Shown here: positions 40,745 to 49,228 of the stretch, piece by piece | How positions within the stretch are numbered: the stretch's first letter is position 1 | Layout: the number at the start of each line of letters is the position of its first letter | Translations under genes and position numbers: made by a program | Assembly: GCA_031414535.1 (NCBI GenBank) | Contig: JANNVQ010000041.1 | Coordinates: 53,788 to 117,787 of the forward strand | DNA: 64,000 nt | Origin: Gemmatimonas sp. | Lineage (GTDB): Bacteria; Gemmatimonadota; Gemmatimonadetes; Gemmatimonadales; Gemmatimonadaceae | Direction of reading: 5' to 3' | The notes under the pieces: model-generated | Databases searched by the model: none | The model's input: only the letters and a program-made list of their open reading frames with translations | Told to the model about the DNA's origin: nothing

Positions 40745-40899
40745 CCGGAACTGCATTAACCACGGAGGCACGGAGACACGGAGACAGCGTGAGGAAAGCT
40801 CTGGGGGCTCGTACCGAAGAATCGGTGCGAGCCCCCCAGGGAAGAGTTGCTGCCGTGGCAGTCTCTGAGCCTCTGTGCCTCTGTGGTGAACCGCCGTTA
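40745..40899. repeat. Long palindromic element, copy 2
   Basis: CCGGAACTGC-ATTAACCACGGAGGCACGGAGACACGGAGAC ... GTCTCTGAGCCTCTGTGCCTCTGTGGTGAA-CCGCCGTTA, with inner stem GGGGGCTCGTACCGA/TCGGTGCGAGCCCCC. Confidence 0.82.
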
Positions 40900-41349
40900 A
40901 AGCCCCTTCGCCCCAATCAGCTCCATGAACTCCTTGGGGTCCGTGATGGACATCAGCTTGTCCGGCACGTCGCCCTCCTTTGAGAACTGGGCAATCTTGC
41001 CGAGCACCGGGAGGTATTGATTGGACACCTCAAGCGGCGGCGCCACAATCAGAAAGAAGAAATGCACCGGCTTGTCGTCGAGCGCCCTGAAGTCCACGCC
41101 AGCCTTCTTGCGCCCAAAGGCGACGCGAAGCCTGCTCACGACCATGGAGCGGCAGTGTGGGATTGCGATGCCACGACCCATGCCCGTGCTCCCGAGGTTT
41201 TCTCGGCGCTTGAGCATCTTGAAGAGCGTGGCCTCGTCCTTTTCGTCGAGGCGAAGGAGCGAGATGAGCTCCTTGAGGATGTCGTCCTTCGAGGTGCCCG
41301 CGAGGTCTAGCTGGATCGCGTCCTCGGCAAAGAATTCCCGGAGTTCCAT
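40897..41349 (-). CDS. PTS IIA domain protein (fructose/nitrogen-regulatory type)
   Basis: RENLGSTGMGRGIAIPH (phospho-His motif), DFRALD. Confidence 0.92.
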   Translation of the reverse strand: MELREFFAEDAIQLDLAGTSKDDILKELISLLRLDEKDEATLFKMLKRRENLGSTGMGRGIAIPHCRSMVVSRLRVAFGRKKAGVDFRALDDKPVHFFFLIVAPPLEVSNQYLPVLGKIAQFSKEGDVPDKLMSITDPKEFMELIGAKGL

Positions 41350-41355
41350 GAGCCA

Positions 41356-41384
41356 AGTCTAACCGACCCGGTGAAGTAGGTCAA
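41356..41384 (-). promoter_or_regulatory. Leaderless promoter of the PTS IIA gene
   Basis: On the minus strand TTGACC-17-TAGACT-6 nt-ATG, no SD. Confidence 0.65.
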
Positions 41385-41393
41385 ATGGTTGTA

Positions 41394-41422
41394 TTGCAAG
41401 CGTTTGGACAGCCTCGTAGCTT
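41394..41422 (+). promoter_or_regulatory. Leaderless promoter of dusB
   Basis: TTGCAA-17-TAGCTT-7 nt-ATG(41430), no SD. Confidence 0.65.
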
Positions 41423-41429
41423 TCCCGTG

Positions 41430-42428
41430 ATGCGCTTCCCATACCCGTCCGGCTCGTCCCCCGTCCCCATTTTCCTGGCCCCGATGGCAGGCGTCTCGGA
41501 ATCCCCATTCCGGCGCCTGTGCCGAGCCTGGGGCGCGGATGTCGTGGTGACGGAGTTTCTGTCCGCCGAGGGCATCCGGCGCGAAAATGAAGCGACGATC
41601 GCTAAGCTGCGCTTCTCGCAAGACGAGCACCCAATCGGGGTGCAGATCTTTGGCGCCGAGCCGGATGCAATGCGCGAGGCGGCCGCGTTGGTGACCGATG
41701 TGTTCCAGCCCGACTACATCGACATCAACTTCGGCTGTCCGGTGAAGAAGGTGGTCAAGCGCAACGGTGGCTCAGGTTGCCTGCGCGACCTCGACCTCGT
41801 GCAGACCGTGATTCGCAGCGTCATCAGCGGTACGCACCTGCCTGTGACCTGCAAGATTCGCAGCGGATGGAGCGAGGAGATGCGCGATCCTGTGAAGATT
41901 GCGCTCAAGTGCCAAGAGGCTGGCGTTCGTGCCATTGCGCTGCACCCGCGCACGCGCACGCAGATGTATACCGGCGCCGCGCGATGGGAGGAGATTGCGA
42001 TGGTGAAGGAGGCCGTGGAGATTCCGGTGATTGGGAACGGGGACATCAAAACTGCCGAGGACGCGCATCGCATGTACCGCGAGACGGGCTGCGACGCTGT
42101 GATGATTGCGCGCGGCTCGTTTGGCCAGCCATGGATCTTCAAGCAGACGCGCGCGCTACTAGATGGCCTGCCGATGCCAGAGACCCCGGGTGTGGAGGAG
42201 CGCTTCCGCATCGCCTTGGACCACGCTCGCATGGTGCAGAGTTACGAGGCAGATCCTATCGGTGCCGCGCTTGAGTTTCGTAAACACCTTGGCTGGTACG
42301 TGAAGGGCCTCCCGAACTCCTCAGACCTGCGCAAGAAGCTGCATGCGGTGAATAGCTTTGACGAAGTGGAAGGAATTTTCACCGAGTACCTCGCGAGCGA
42401 TTGGGCGCGCCCGGCCGAAGCGGCATGA
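41430..42428 (+). CDS. dusB: tRNA-dihydrouridine synthase B
   Basis: LAPMAGV, DINFGCP, GNGDI, VMIARG, RKHLGWY. Confidence 0.93.
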   Translation: MRFPYPSGSSPVPIFLAPMAGVSESPFRRLCRAWGADVVVTEFLSAEGIRRENEATIAKLRFSQDEHPIGVQIFGAEPDAMREAAALVTDVFQPDYIDINFGCPVKKVVKRNGGSGCLRDLDLVQTVIRSVISGTHLPVTCKIRSGWSEEMRDPVKIALKCQEAGVRAIALHPRTRTQMYTGAARWEEIAMVKEAVEIPVIGNGDIKTAEDAHRMYRETGCDAVMIARGSFGQPWIFKQTRALLDGLPMPETPGVEERFRIALDHARMVQSYEADPIGAALEFRKHLGWYVKGLPNSSDLRKKLHAVNSFDEVEGIFTEYLASDWARPAEAA

Positions 42429-43171
42429 GACGGGATCGCGTGCAGGCTTTGTTACGCGAAGTCGCCGACGGCCGGCTTGCCGTTGAATCTGCCCTGTCGC
42501 AATTGGATGCTGCGCCCGTAGACGAGTTGGAATATGCAACTGTCGATCGGCATCGTGCGCTGCGGCAGGGATTTCCCGAAGTCGTGTTTGGGCAAGGGAA
42601 GCGTCCCGAGCAAATCGTGGGAATTTGCGAGCGATTGGAAGCGCACGGCGATGGCTTCCTCGTGACACGCGTGGACGAAGAGGCCCTCCTCGCCATTGCG
42701 GTACGCTGGCCTACTGCGGAGTTGAACCGCGTGGCGCGCACCGCGCTGCTGCGAGGGGCCTCGCGTGCGACAAGTTCCGGGTTGGTCGCCGTAGTCACGG
42801 CTGGTACCAGTGATCTTCCCGTGGCCGAAGAAGCTGCGGTGACGCTCGACGCATTCGGCCACGCGGTAACCCGCGTGACGGATGTGGGTGTCGCGGGCAT
42901 TCACCGCATACTCAGCAAGCGCGAGACGCTCGAGGGCGCGAAGGTCATCATCGTCGTCGCGGGAATGGACGGCGCACTGCCCTCGGTCGTCGGCGGACTC
43001 GTCCGGGTGCCGGTGATTGCCGTGCCTACGAGTGTGGGCTACGGCGCGGCCTTCAATGGCCTAGCCCCCCTGCTCACGATGCTGAATTCCTGTGCGGCCG
43101 GGGTCACCGTGTGCAACATTGACAACGGGTTCGGTGCTGCCGTGGCTGCTTCACGCATTCTCGGCGTATAA
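42425..43171 (+). CDS. larB: Nickel-pincer cofactor biosynthesis protein LarB (PurE-like fold)
   Basis: RQGFPEVVFG, AGTSDLPVAEEA, DVGVAGIHR, AGMDGALPSV, PTSVGYG, NIDNGFGA. Confidence 0.9.
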   Translation: MRRDRVQALLREVADGRLAVESALSQLDAAPVDELEYATVDRHRALRQGFPEVVFGQGKRPEQIVGICERLEAHGDGFLVTRVDEEALLAIAVRWPTAELNRVARTALLRGASRATSSGLVAVVTAGTSDLPVAEEAAVTLDAFGHAVTRVTDVGVAGIHRILSKRETLEGAKVIIVVAGMDGALPSVVGGLVRVPVIAVPTSVGYGAAFNGLAPLLTMLNSCAAGVTVCNIDNGFGAAVAASRILGV

Positions 43172-43175
43172 CGCC

Positions 43176-44807
43176 ATGGCTTGGGCCCTCGTCATCGCGA
43201 TGGCGGTTGTGGGGGTGTGGTGGTGGCGTTCGCGCCTCGAGCACGCGCAGGCTCCTGCGTCCACTGAGGTAAACGCAGCCGAACAGGGTGGAGCACGTCC
43301 GATGAGCCGCACAAGCGGCGAGCGCGCCGTGGACTCCCGAACCCTGTTCGATGCGTTTCGCTCTGACGAGTTGCCGATTCCCGAGGAGGCGGAACGCGAT
43401 GATCGCATTCTGCTGGTTCGGATCCTTGGCCTCCTGACTGACTATCTGGGTGCGCAGGAGGCCGTGCTCTGGGAGCCGCACGAGAGCGAAACCGGTCGCT
43501 TGGTGGCTAGTGCGTGGTCTCGCGGCAACGAACCTCCGGTGCTCACCGAGGGCGAGCGTTTGCTGTTGGAACTCGCTGCATCGGAGCAACGCACGACGTC
43601 CAATCAGGGTGGCGCCGGTCTTCGGCTACTATGCGCAGGCCTGCAGGTAAATGGAGGGGCCGGCGTTCTGTCCGTACACTTCCGCGAGGATCCCACGTCT
43701 TCAAAGCTGGAACTCGCTGAGCGTCTGCAGCGATTCGCGCCTGAGGTGGCCATGCGGCACGAGCTGGTGCGCGCCCGCGCACTCCTCGCGATGCGCACAA
43801 AGCGCCTCCGCGCGATGATTCGCACGGCCATCACGCTGCAGGGTAGCAGAGATCCCATCGCGCTTGAGGAAGTCATCGTGCGCGATGCCGGCCGTGTCAC
43901 CGGCGCCGACTGGGTATTCCTCGTGCGCGGCAATCGTGAGCGAGAACTCCCGGCGATTGTTCGTGTGAGCGACGGCGTGCCAGGTGCTTTTCGTGAGCGG
44001 CTGACAGCGCACCGCGATACGCTGGTGGGTGAAGTCTTCTATTCCGGTAAGCATCGCGTGTTCACGGATGCGCGGGTCCTCGTCAGTTCAGGCGAGGCTC
44101 TCCTCGATGCCACGCCGCTTCCCGCAGGGACGGGCTCCCTGATTGCCATTCCTGTTCGCCGCTCGGAATCGGAGCCCAGTATTGGCGTGCTGGTGCTTGG
44201 CCGTGAGCAACGCAAGGGATTCTCTCTCACCGATTCACACGCCGCCAACGATCTCGCAACCATTGCGGCTGGTGCACTCGATACGGCTTGGGCTTGGCAG
44301 GATGCCACCCTCAGCGCGAAGACCGATCAACTCACGGGCCTGCCGAATCGCCGAGCGTTCGAGGAAGAATTTGCGCGCATGATTTCAGAGACGGACCGCT
44401 ACGGCCGTGAGGCAGCGCTGGTGATTGTGGATGTTGATCACTTCAAGCAAGTGAACGACACCTATGGACACGACGCTGGTGACCAAGTCCTGAAGGCCAT
44501 CGGCGCGACACTGTCTGCCATGGCACGCACCACCGACAAGGTGGCGCGTTTGGGCGGCGAGGAGTTGGCGATGCTGCTGCCGCAGACCGATCAGGAGGGT
44601 GCGCTGGAGGCCGCCGAACGTTGCCGGAAGGCCATCGAGGCCTTGTCTGTGCGGACTAACGCAGGCACCGTGCGCGTCACCGCCAGCTTCGGCGTGGCCA
44701 TGTACCAGGAGCGCTCGGGAGCGGCGGGAGCCCTCTTCGACCGCGCAGACCAAGCGCTGTATTCGGCCAAGCATGGTGGGCGGAATCGGGTGATAATGGC
44801 CCCCTGA
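43176..44807 (+). CDS. Membrane-anchored GAF-GGDEF diguanylate cyclase
   Basis: N-terminal TM; GAF-like region; DQLTGLPNRR, DVDHFKQVNDTYGH..GD, RTTD I-site, GGEEL, AKHGGRNR. Confidence 0.9.
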   Translation: MAWALVIAMAVVGVWWWRSRLEHAQAPASTEVNAAEQGGARPMSRTSGERAVDSRTLFDAFRSDELPIPEEAERDDRILLVRILGLLTDYLGAQEAVLWEPHESETGRLVASAWSRGNEPPVLTEGERLLLELAASEQRTTSNQGGAGLRLLCAGLQVNGGAGVLSVHFREDPTSSKLELAERLQRFAPEVAMRHELVRARALLAMRTKRLRAMIRTAITLQGSRDPIALEEVIVRDAGRVTGADWVFLVRGNRERELPAIVRVSDGVPGAFRERLTAHRDTLVGEVFYSGKHRVFTDARVLVSSGEALLDATPLPAGTGSLIAIPVRRSESEPSIGVLVLGREQRKGFSLTDSHAANDLATIAAGALDTAWAWQDATLSAKTDQLTGLPNRRAFEEEFARMISETDRYGREAALVIVDVDHFKQVNDTYGHDAGDQVLKAIGATLSAMARTTDKVARLGGEELAMLLPQTDQEGALEAAERCRKAIEALSVRTNAGTVRVTASFGVAMYQERSGAAGALFDRADQALYSAKHGGRNRVIMAP

Positions 44808-44860
44808 GCCCCAGACCGGGACAAAACCGGCCGCCAGTGTGTATATTCCGCTAGCAGTAA

Positions 44861-45222
44861 GGGGGCGACTGGTTTCGATTGTGTGGGTGGCTCTATGACT
44901 GCGCGCCGAGGTACTCGGGTCCCTCGTAAAACACTCGGGAAATTCACAACTGCGAATAACAACTTCGCTCTCGCTGCGTAAAGCTTAGGCTTTACCCCAG
45001 CAGTGCATGGGAGGTAGCCCTGCCCGGGGCGACACCTATGTATCGAAAATCCGGGCTGGCTTGCTGGCGTGCCCACCGCCACTGAGTGAGATCTAGATGG
45101 GATCATCCGAACGACGGCGGCCGCTCGGCCAGCGTTCGGAAAAACTAATCGAGCGGATACGCGCGTAGACGTTGTAGAAGATCTTATGCAAGACGAGGGT
45201 TCGAATCCCTCCGCCTCCACTT
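44861..45222 (+). ncRNA. ssrA: tmRNA, tag peptide (A)ANNNFALAA encoded at 44952-44981
   Basis: 5' GGGGGCGACTGGTTTCGA; 3' T-arm GAGGGTTCGAATCCCTC and acceptor CGCCTCCA; reading frame GCG AAT AAC AAC TTC GCT CTC GCT GCG TAA; CCA end not fully encoded. Confidence 0.95.
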
Positions 45223-45231
45223 GGGTGGCAT

Positions 45232-45273
45232 GACGGATGACGGAAGACGGATGACGGAAGACGGATGACGGAA
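45232..45273 (+). repeat. Heptamer array (GACGGAT GACGGAA)3, solo 5' arm
   Basis: Six units with strict T/A alternation immediately downstream of tmRNA. Confidence 0.9.
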
Positions 45274-45313
45274 GGGGCGGCACTCGGTTTCTCGGGTGCC
45301 GCCCCTTCGTTGT
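45271..45313. terminator. Terminator hairpin between ssrA and the convergent chrA
   Basis: GAAGGGGCGGCACTCG-GTTTCT-CGGGTGCCGCCCCTTC followed by GTTGT. Confidence 0.75.
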
Positions 45314-45328
45314 GAACGAAGCGCGTGC

Positions 45329-46585
45329 TCATGATCCCTGCAGAAGCAGCGCACTGCTGACGCACCATAGCAAAAGCCAAAGCGCCGGCCGTTTGAGCCG
45401 CCGGTGCAACACGAAGCCGACGAACAGGATCGCCACATCAGCCACGCCCGTGACCCCGCTTGTGATGACGGGGTTATACAGAGCGGCGGCGAGAAGTCCA
45501 ACCACGGCAGCGTTCACGCCGAGAATCACGTGCGCGGCCGCAGCGTGGGTGCTGATGCGGCCCCAAAGTGGCAGCGCTGCGGCCACGAGCAGGAACCCGG
45601 GTGTGAAGATGGCGAGAAGAGCGACCACTGCGCCGATGGCACTCGCTCCCAAGCTGGGCGCCGTCGCCGACCATGGCGTGAGGGCTCCAAGGTACGCCGC
45701 CACACTAAACATCGGTCCCGGCACCGCCTGCGCGGCACCGTATCCGCTGAGAAAGGTATCGGCGCTCAACCAGCCGGATGTCACTGTCGATTCTTGAAGT
45801 AGCGGCAAGACGACATGACCACCACCGAACACCAGCGAGCCGGCGCGAACGAAGGCCGCGGCGAGAGCCGGCAGAGATGCCTCGGTACTGCGCGAGAGCA
45901 GCGCGACGCCGAGAAGTGCTAAGAAAAGCAGCCCTGCGAGTGCGCTCGGCAGAATCGCAGCAGACGCCTTGCGATCGTCTTCTTCCTGCGTCTGCAAGGC
46001 GTCTGGCCTCGCTCTGCGTGGCAGCATGAGGCCGGCCACCGCGCCCACAGCGAGCGCAATCATCTGCGAGTCTGCAGTCCCTCGCCACAGCACGATGGCA
46101 GCACTGATTCCCGCAATCGTAATTCGTGCGGCATCCGGCGTGAGTTGCCGAGCCATCTTCAACACGCCGTCGGCGACCACGACAACGGCGACGAGCTTCA
46201 AGCCGTGCACCGTGCCCACCCACCACGCGCCGCCAAGCGAGGCACCGCCAACCGCAATGGCGAACATCAGCAACGCCGAGGGGAGGGTGAAGCCAACGAA
46301 GGCTGCGATGCCCCCGAGCCAACCGCCACTGTGAAGGCCGATGGAAAACCCTGCCTGTGACGACGCGGGCCCGGGCAAAAACTGGGCAACGGCGAGTAAC
46401 TGCGAGAACTGCGCCTCCCCTAGCCACCTGCGACGTTCCACAAACTCTGCGCGGAAGTATCCAATGTGCGCGACGGGGCCTCCGAAGCTCGTGAGACCAA
46501 GCCTCAAAAACGCCACGAAGACTTCAGCGGGAGAGCGCCGTTCAGACGCTGTCAGGGTCGGGCGAATGCCGAGTTCGGAACGCAC
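45329..46585 (-). CDS. chrA: Chromate efflux transporter (long CHR family); start codon uncertain
   Basis: LGLTSFGGPVAH, QFLPGPASSQ, FGGGHVVLPLL, AQAVPGPMF. Confidence 0.9.
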   Translation of the reverse strand: MRSELGIRPTLTASERRSPAEVFVAFLRLGLTSFGGPVAHIGYFRAEFVERRRWLGEAQFSQLLAVAQFLPGPASSQAGFSIGLHSGGWLGGIAAFVGFTLPSALLMFAIAVGGASLGGAWWVGTVHGLKLVAVVVVADGVLKMARQLTPDAARITIAGISAAIVLWRGTADSQMIALAVGAVAGLMLPRRARPDALQTQEEDDRKASAAILPSALAGLLFLALLGVALLSRSTEASLPALAAAFVRAGSLVFGGGHVVLPLLQESTVTSGWLSADTFLSGYGAAQAVPGPMFSVAAYLGALTPWSATAPSLGASAIGAVVALLAIFTPGFLLVAAALPLWGRISTHAAAAHVILGVNAAVVGLLAAALYNPVITSGVTGVADVAILFVGFVLHRRLKRPALWLLLWCVSSALLLQGS

Positions 46586-46631
46586 CTCCGCAACGTGGCG
46601 GGGCGCCCCGTCGAGCGCAATATTTCCCGCG

Positions 46632-48815
46632 ATGACAACCACCTCGCACACATGGCGCTTCTACCGCGCCGGCGGCTCTGACCAAGTCGCCCTCGAGACT
46701 GCCGCCGACCTCCGCAACCTGCGCCAGCTCGATCCCATGCTCTGGGTGGCGCTCGCGTGCCCGGTAAAAGGCCTAGAGTTTGACGAGCTCACACTCGCCA
46801 TGATGGATGGTGACGGTGATGCCCGTATCCGAGTCCCCGAGGTCCTCGCGGCCGTCGAGTGGGCATGTGCGCAGCTCAAGGACCCCGCGGTACTGTATCG
46901 CGGCGGCGACTTAGAGTTGGCCTCGATCAACGATGCGACGGAGGATGGGCAGCGACTGCTCGCATCCGCCCGTGAGATTCTCAAAAGCCTCGGCAAGGCG
47001 GACGCCGCGACAATCTCGGTCGCGGACACGATGGAGAAGGCGCGGGTCTTTGCGCAGAGCCGCTTCAATGGTGATGGCGTCGTCGCACTCGAGATTATTG
47101 ACGATGCGAGCGTGCGACTGGTGGCCGAGCAGGCCATCGCGACGATTGGTGCGGTGATCGATCGCTCTGGGCGTCCGGGCGTATCACGAGAGACACTGGC
47201 TACCTTCTTCGTTGAGTGCGAGGCCTACGTCGCGTGGTACGATCGATCAGCGAGCGAGGCAGGGACGCTGCTTCCGCTGGGCGATGCGACGGTGCCAGCC
47301 TTTGCGGCCCTGCAGGCGGTGCGGGGCAAGATTGAGGACTTCTTTGCGCGGTGCCGCTTAGCGGCGTTTGACGCGCGGGCAACGTCGGCGCTCAACCGTG
47401 ATGAAGCGGATTTTGTAGCGCTCGCGGCACGTGACTTATCCACGGCAAACGTGGAGATTGCCGCCTTCCCACTCGCTCGTGTGGATGCGGGTCGCGCCCT
47501 GCCCTTGGTTGAAGGGTTAAACCCCTCATGGGCCGCCGCGATGGCGGCGTTTCGCTCGACGGTCGTTCAGCCCCTGCTTGGGAACCGCGATCTGCTGACC
47601 GACGCCGAGTGGAGCGGCATCCAGGCAAAGTTCTCAGCATACGCGAAGTGGGAATCGGAGAAGCATGGTGCGATGGTGGAGACCCTAGGCGTTGCGAGGT
47701 TGCGTGAGATTCTCGCTGGCAGCTCCCGCGCCGCATTGGACTCACTCGTCGCTCAAGACACTGCCGTAGCGCCGGCCATGAACGCGATTGACAACGTCGA
47801 GCGGATGGCGAGGTATCAGCGCGACCTCGTGATACTGCTCAACAACTTTGTGGCATTCCGTGATTTCTATTCGCGTGAGCGGCAGGCAGTGTTCCAGGCC
47901 GGCACCCTGTACCTCGATGGGCGTCGCGCCGATTTGGTGGTGCGTGTTGACGACGCAGGCAAGCACGCGGCGCTCGCGGGGCTCGCCAAGTGCTACCTCG
48001 CCTACTGCGAGTGCACTCGTCCCAGTGGTGAGCGCCTGACTGTGGCCGCGTCCTTCACCGGTGGTGACTCCGACAACCTGATGGTGGGCCGCAACGGTGT
48101 GTACTACGACCGGAAGGGTCGGGACTGGGACGCCACAATCACGAAGATTATTGAGAATCCCATCAGCATCCAGCAGGCCTTCTGGGCCCCGTACAAGAAG
48201 CTGGTGCGTTTGATTGAGGAGCAGGTGGCCAAGCGCGCCGCGTCTGGGCAAGCCGCGTCTGACGCTCGAGTGGCCAGCGTCGCGACGACCGCGACCACCT
48301 TGGATACGCAGAAGCCGCCCGCCGAGCCACCAAGAAAGATTGACGTGGGTACGGTCGCCGCACTCGGTGTAGCGGTGGGTGCCATTGGCGCATTCCTCAC
48401 GACCGTTATCGGTTACATGACGGGGGTGTTTAAGCTCCCGTTCTGGCAAGTGTGTTTGGTGTTCGCTGGCCTCGTATTGGCCGTCTCGCTGCCGTCCATG
48501 GCGATTGCTTGGCTCAAGCTACGCCAGCGCAATCTTGGGCCGGTGTTGGATGCGAACGGATGGGCCGTGAATGGGCGCGTGAAGATGAACGTACCATTCG
48601 GTGCGAAGCTCACTACCGTGGGCCAGGTGCCGCTCAATGCCCAGAGCTCGTTCGCGGTGAAGTATCCAGAGCCCCCCACCGCCTTGCCGAAATTCATCGT
48701 GGTCGTGGTCGGCATGGTCTTCGTACTCAGTCTGCTCAACTACTACGGCATCGTGCATCGGCTGACGGGCGGCGTCGTAGGCTCCTCGCCGCCGCCGAGT
48801 ACGCGCAGTTTGTAG
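46632..48815 (+). CDS. Hypothetical membrane protein (727 aa) with an N-terminal EF-hand-like loop and C-terminal TM helices
   Basis: Long ORF with plausible codon usage; DGDGDARIRVPE loop; hydrophobic segments in the last about 150 aa. Confidence 0.8.
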   Translation: MTTTSHTWRFYRAGGSDQVALETAADLRNLRQLDPMLWVALACPVKGLEFDELTLAMMDGDGDARIRVPEVLAAVEWACAQLKDPAVLYRGGDLELASINDATEDGQRLLASAREILKSLGKADAATISVADTMEKARVFAQSRFNGDGVVALEIIDDASVRLVAEQAIATIGAVIDRSGRPGVSRETLATFFVECEAYVAWYDRSASEAGTLLPLGDATVPAFAALQAVRGKIEDFFARCRLAAFDARATSALNRDEADFVALAARDLSTANVEIAAFPLARVDAGRALPLVEGLNPSWAAAMAAFRSTVVQPLLGNRDLLTDAEWSGIQAKFSAYAKWESEKHGAMVETLGVARLREILAGSSRAALDSLVAQDTAVAPAMNAIDNVERMARYQRDLVILLNNFVAFRDFYSRERQAVFQAGTLYLDGRRADLVVRVDDAGKHAALAGLAKCYLAYCECTRPSGERLTVAASFTGGDSDNLMVGRNGVYYDRKGRDWDATITKIIENPISIQQAFWAPYKKLVRLIEEQVAKRAASGQAASDARVASVATTATTLDTQKPPAEPPRKIDVGTVAALGVAVGAIGAFLTTVIGYMTGVFKLPFWQVCLVFAGLVLAVSLPSMAIAWLKLRQRNLGPVLDANGWAVNGRVKMNVPFGAKLTTVGQVPLNAQSSFAVKYPEPPTALPKFIVVVVGMVFVLSLLNYYGIVHRLTGGVVGSSPPPSTRSL

Positions 48816-48817
48816 CC

Positions 48818-49207
48818 TCAGGTCGCGCGTCGTGCGAGGAGTTCAATCTCGACGCGAGCGCCCAAGGGGAGGCCGGCCACCGCCACTGTGGTACGGGCTG
48901 GGTACGGCGCGGTGAAACGCTGCTGGTATGCGGCGTTCATCGCCCCGAAGTCGTTCATGTCAATCAAGTACACGTTGCACTTGATGGCGTCATCGAGCGT
49001 GAGCCCGGCGGCGGCGAGGACGGCGGCGAGATTGTCAAAGACCCGATTGGTCTGCTGACCGACATCGCCCTCGATGAGCTTCCCGGTGGCGGGGTCGATG
49101 GGCGTCTGCCCGGAGCAGAACAGCTCGTGGCCGCTCCAGATGGCTTGCGAGTAGGGACCGATAGCCGTGGGGGCGTCGGATGCGGAGATGGGCTGGCGGT
49201 TGGTCAT
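48818..49207 (-). CDS. RidA (YjgF/YER057c/UK114) enamine/imine deaminase
   Basis: APTAIGPYSQA, SGQTP, PARTTV, LPLGARVEIE. Confidence 0.93.
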   Translation of the reverse strand: MTNRQPISASDAPTAIGPYSQAIWSGHELFCSGQTPIDPATGKLIEGDVGQQTNRVFDNLAAVLAAAGLTLDDAIKCNVYLIDMNDFGAMNAAYQQRFTAPYPARTTVAVAGLPLGARVEIELLARRAT

Positions 49208-49228
49208 GCAATGAATCTATTTCCACTC

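Noticed and set aside
37639..40899. Calling the palindromic elements a bona fide integron
   Set aside because: No integron integrase in the window, ends deviate from the attC consensus and the enclosed genes are convergent; kept only as an analogy
45190..45222. tRNA-like T-arm and acceptor (GGTTCGAATCC)
   Set aside because: It is the 3' domain of the tmRNA, pairing with GGGGGCG at 44861, not a separate tRNA
45232..45273. Heptamer arrays as a possible CRISPR array
   Set aside because: 7-bp units with no unique spacers and no cas genes in the window
48452..49228. 534-aa ORF suggesting a large fusion upstream of the creatininase domain
   Set aside because: The extension overlaps the 727-aa gene and is antisense to RidA; the signal peptide marks the true start near 49229
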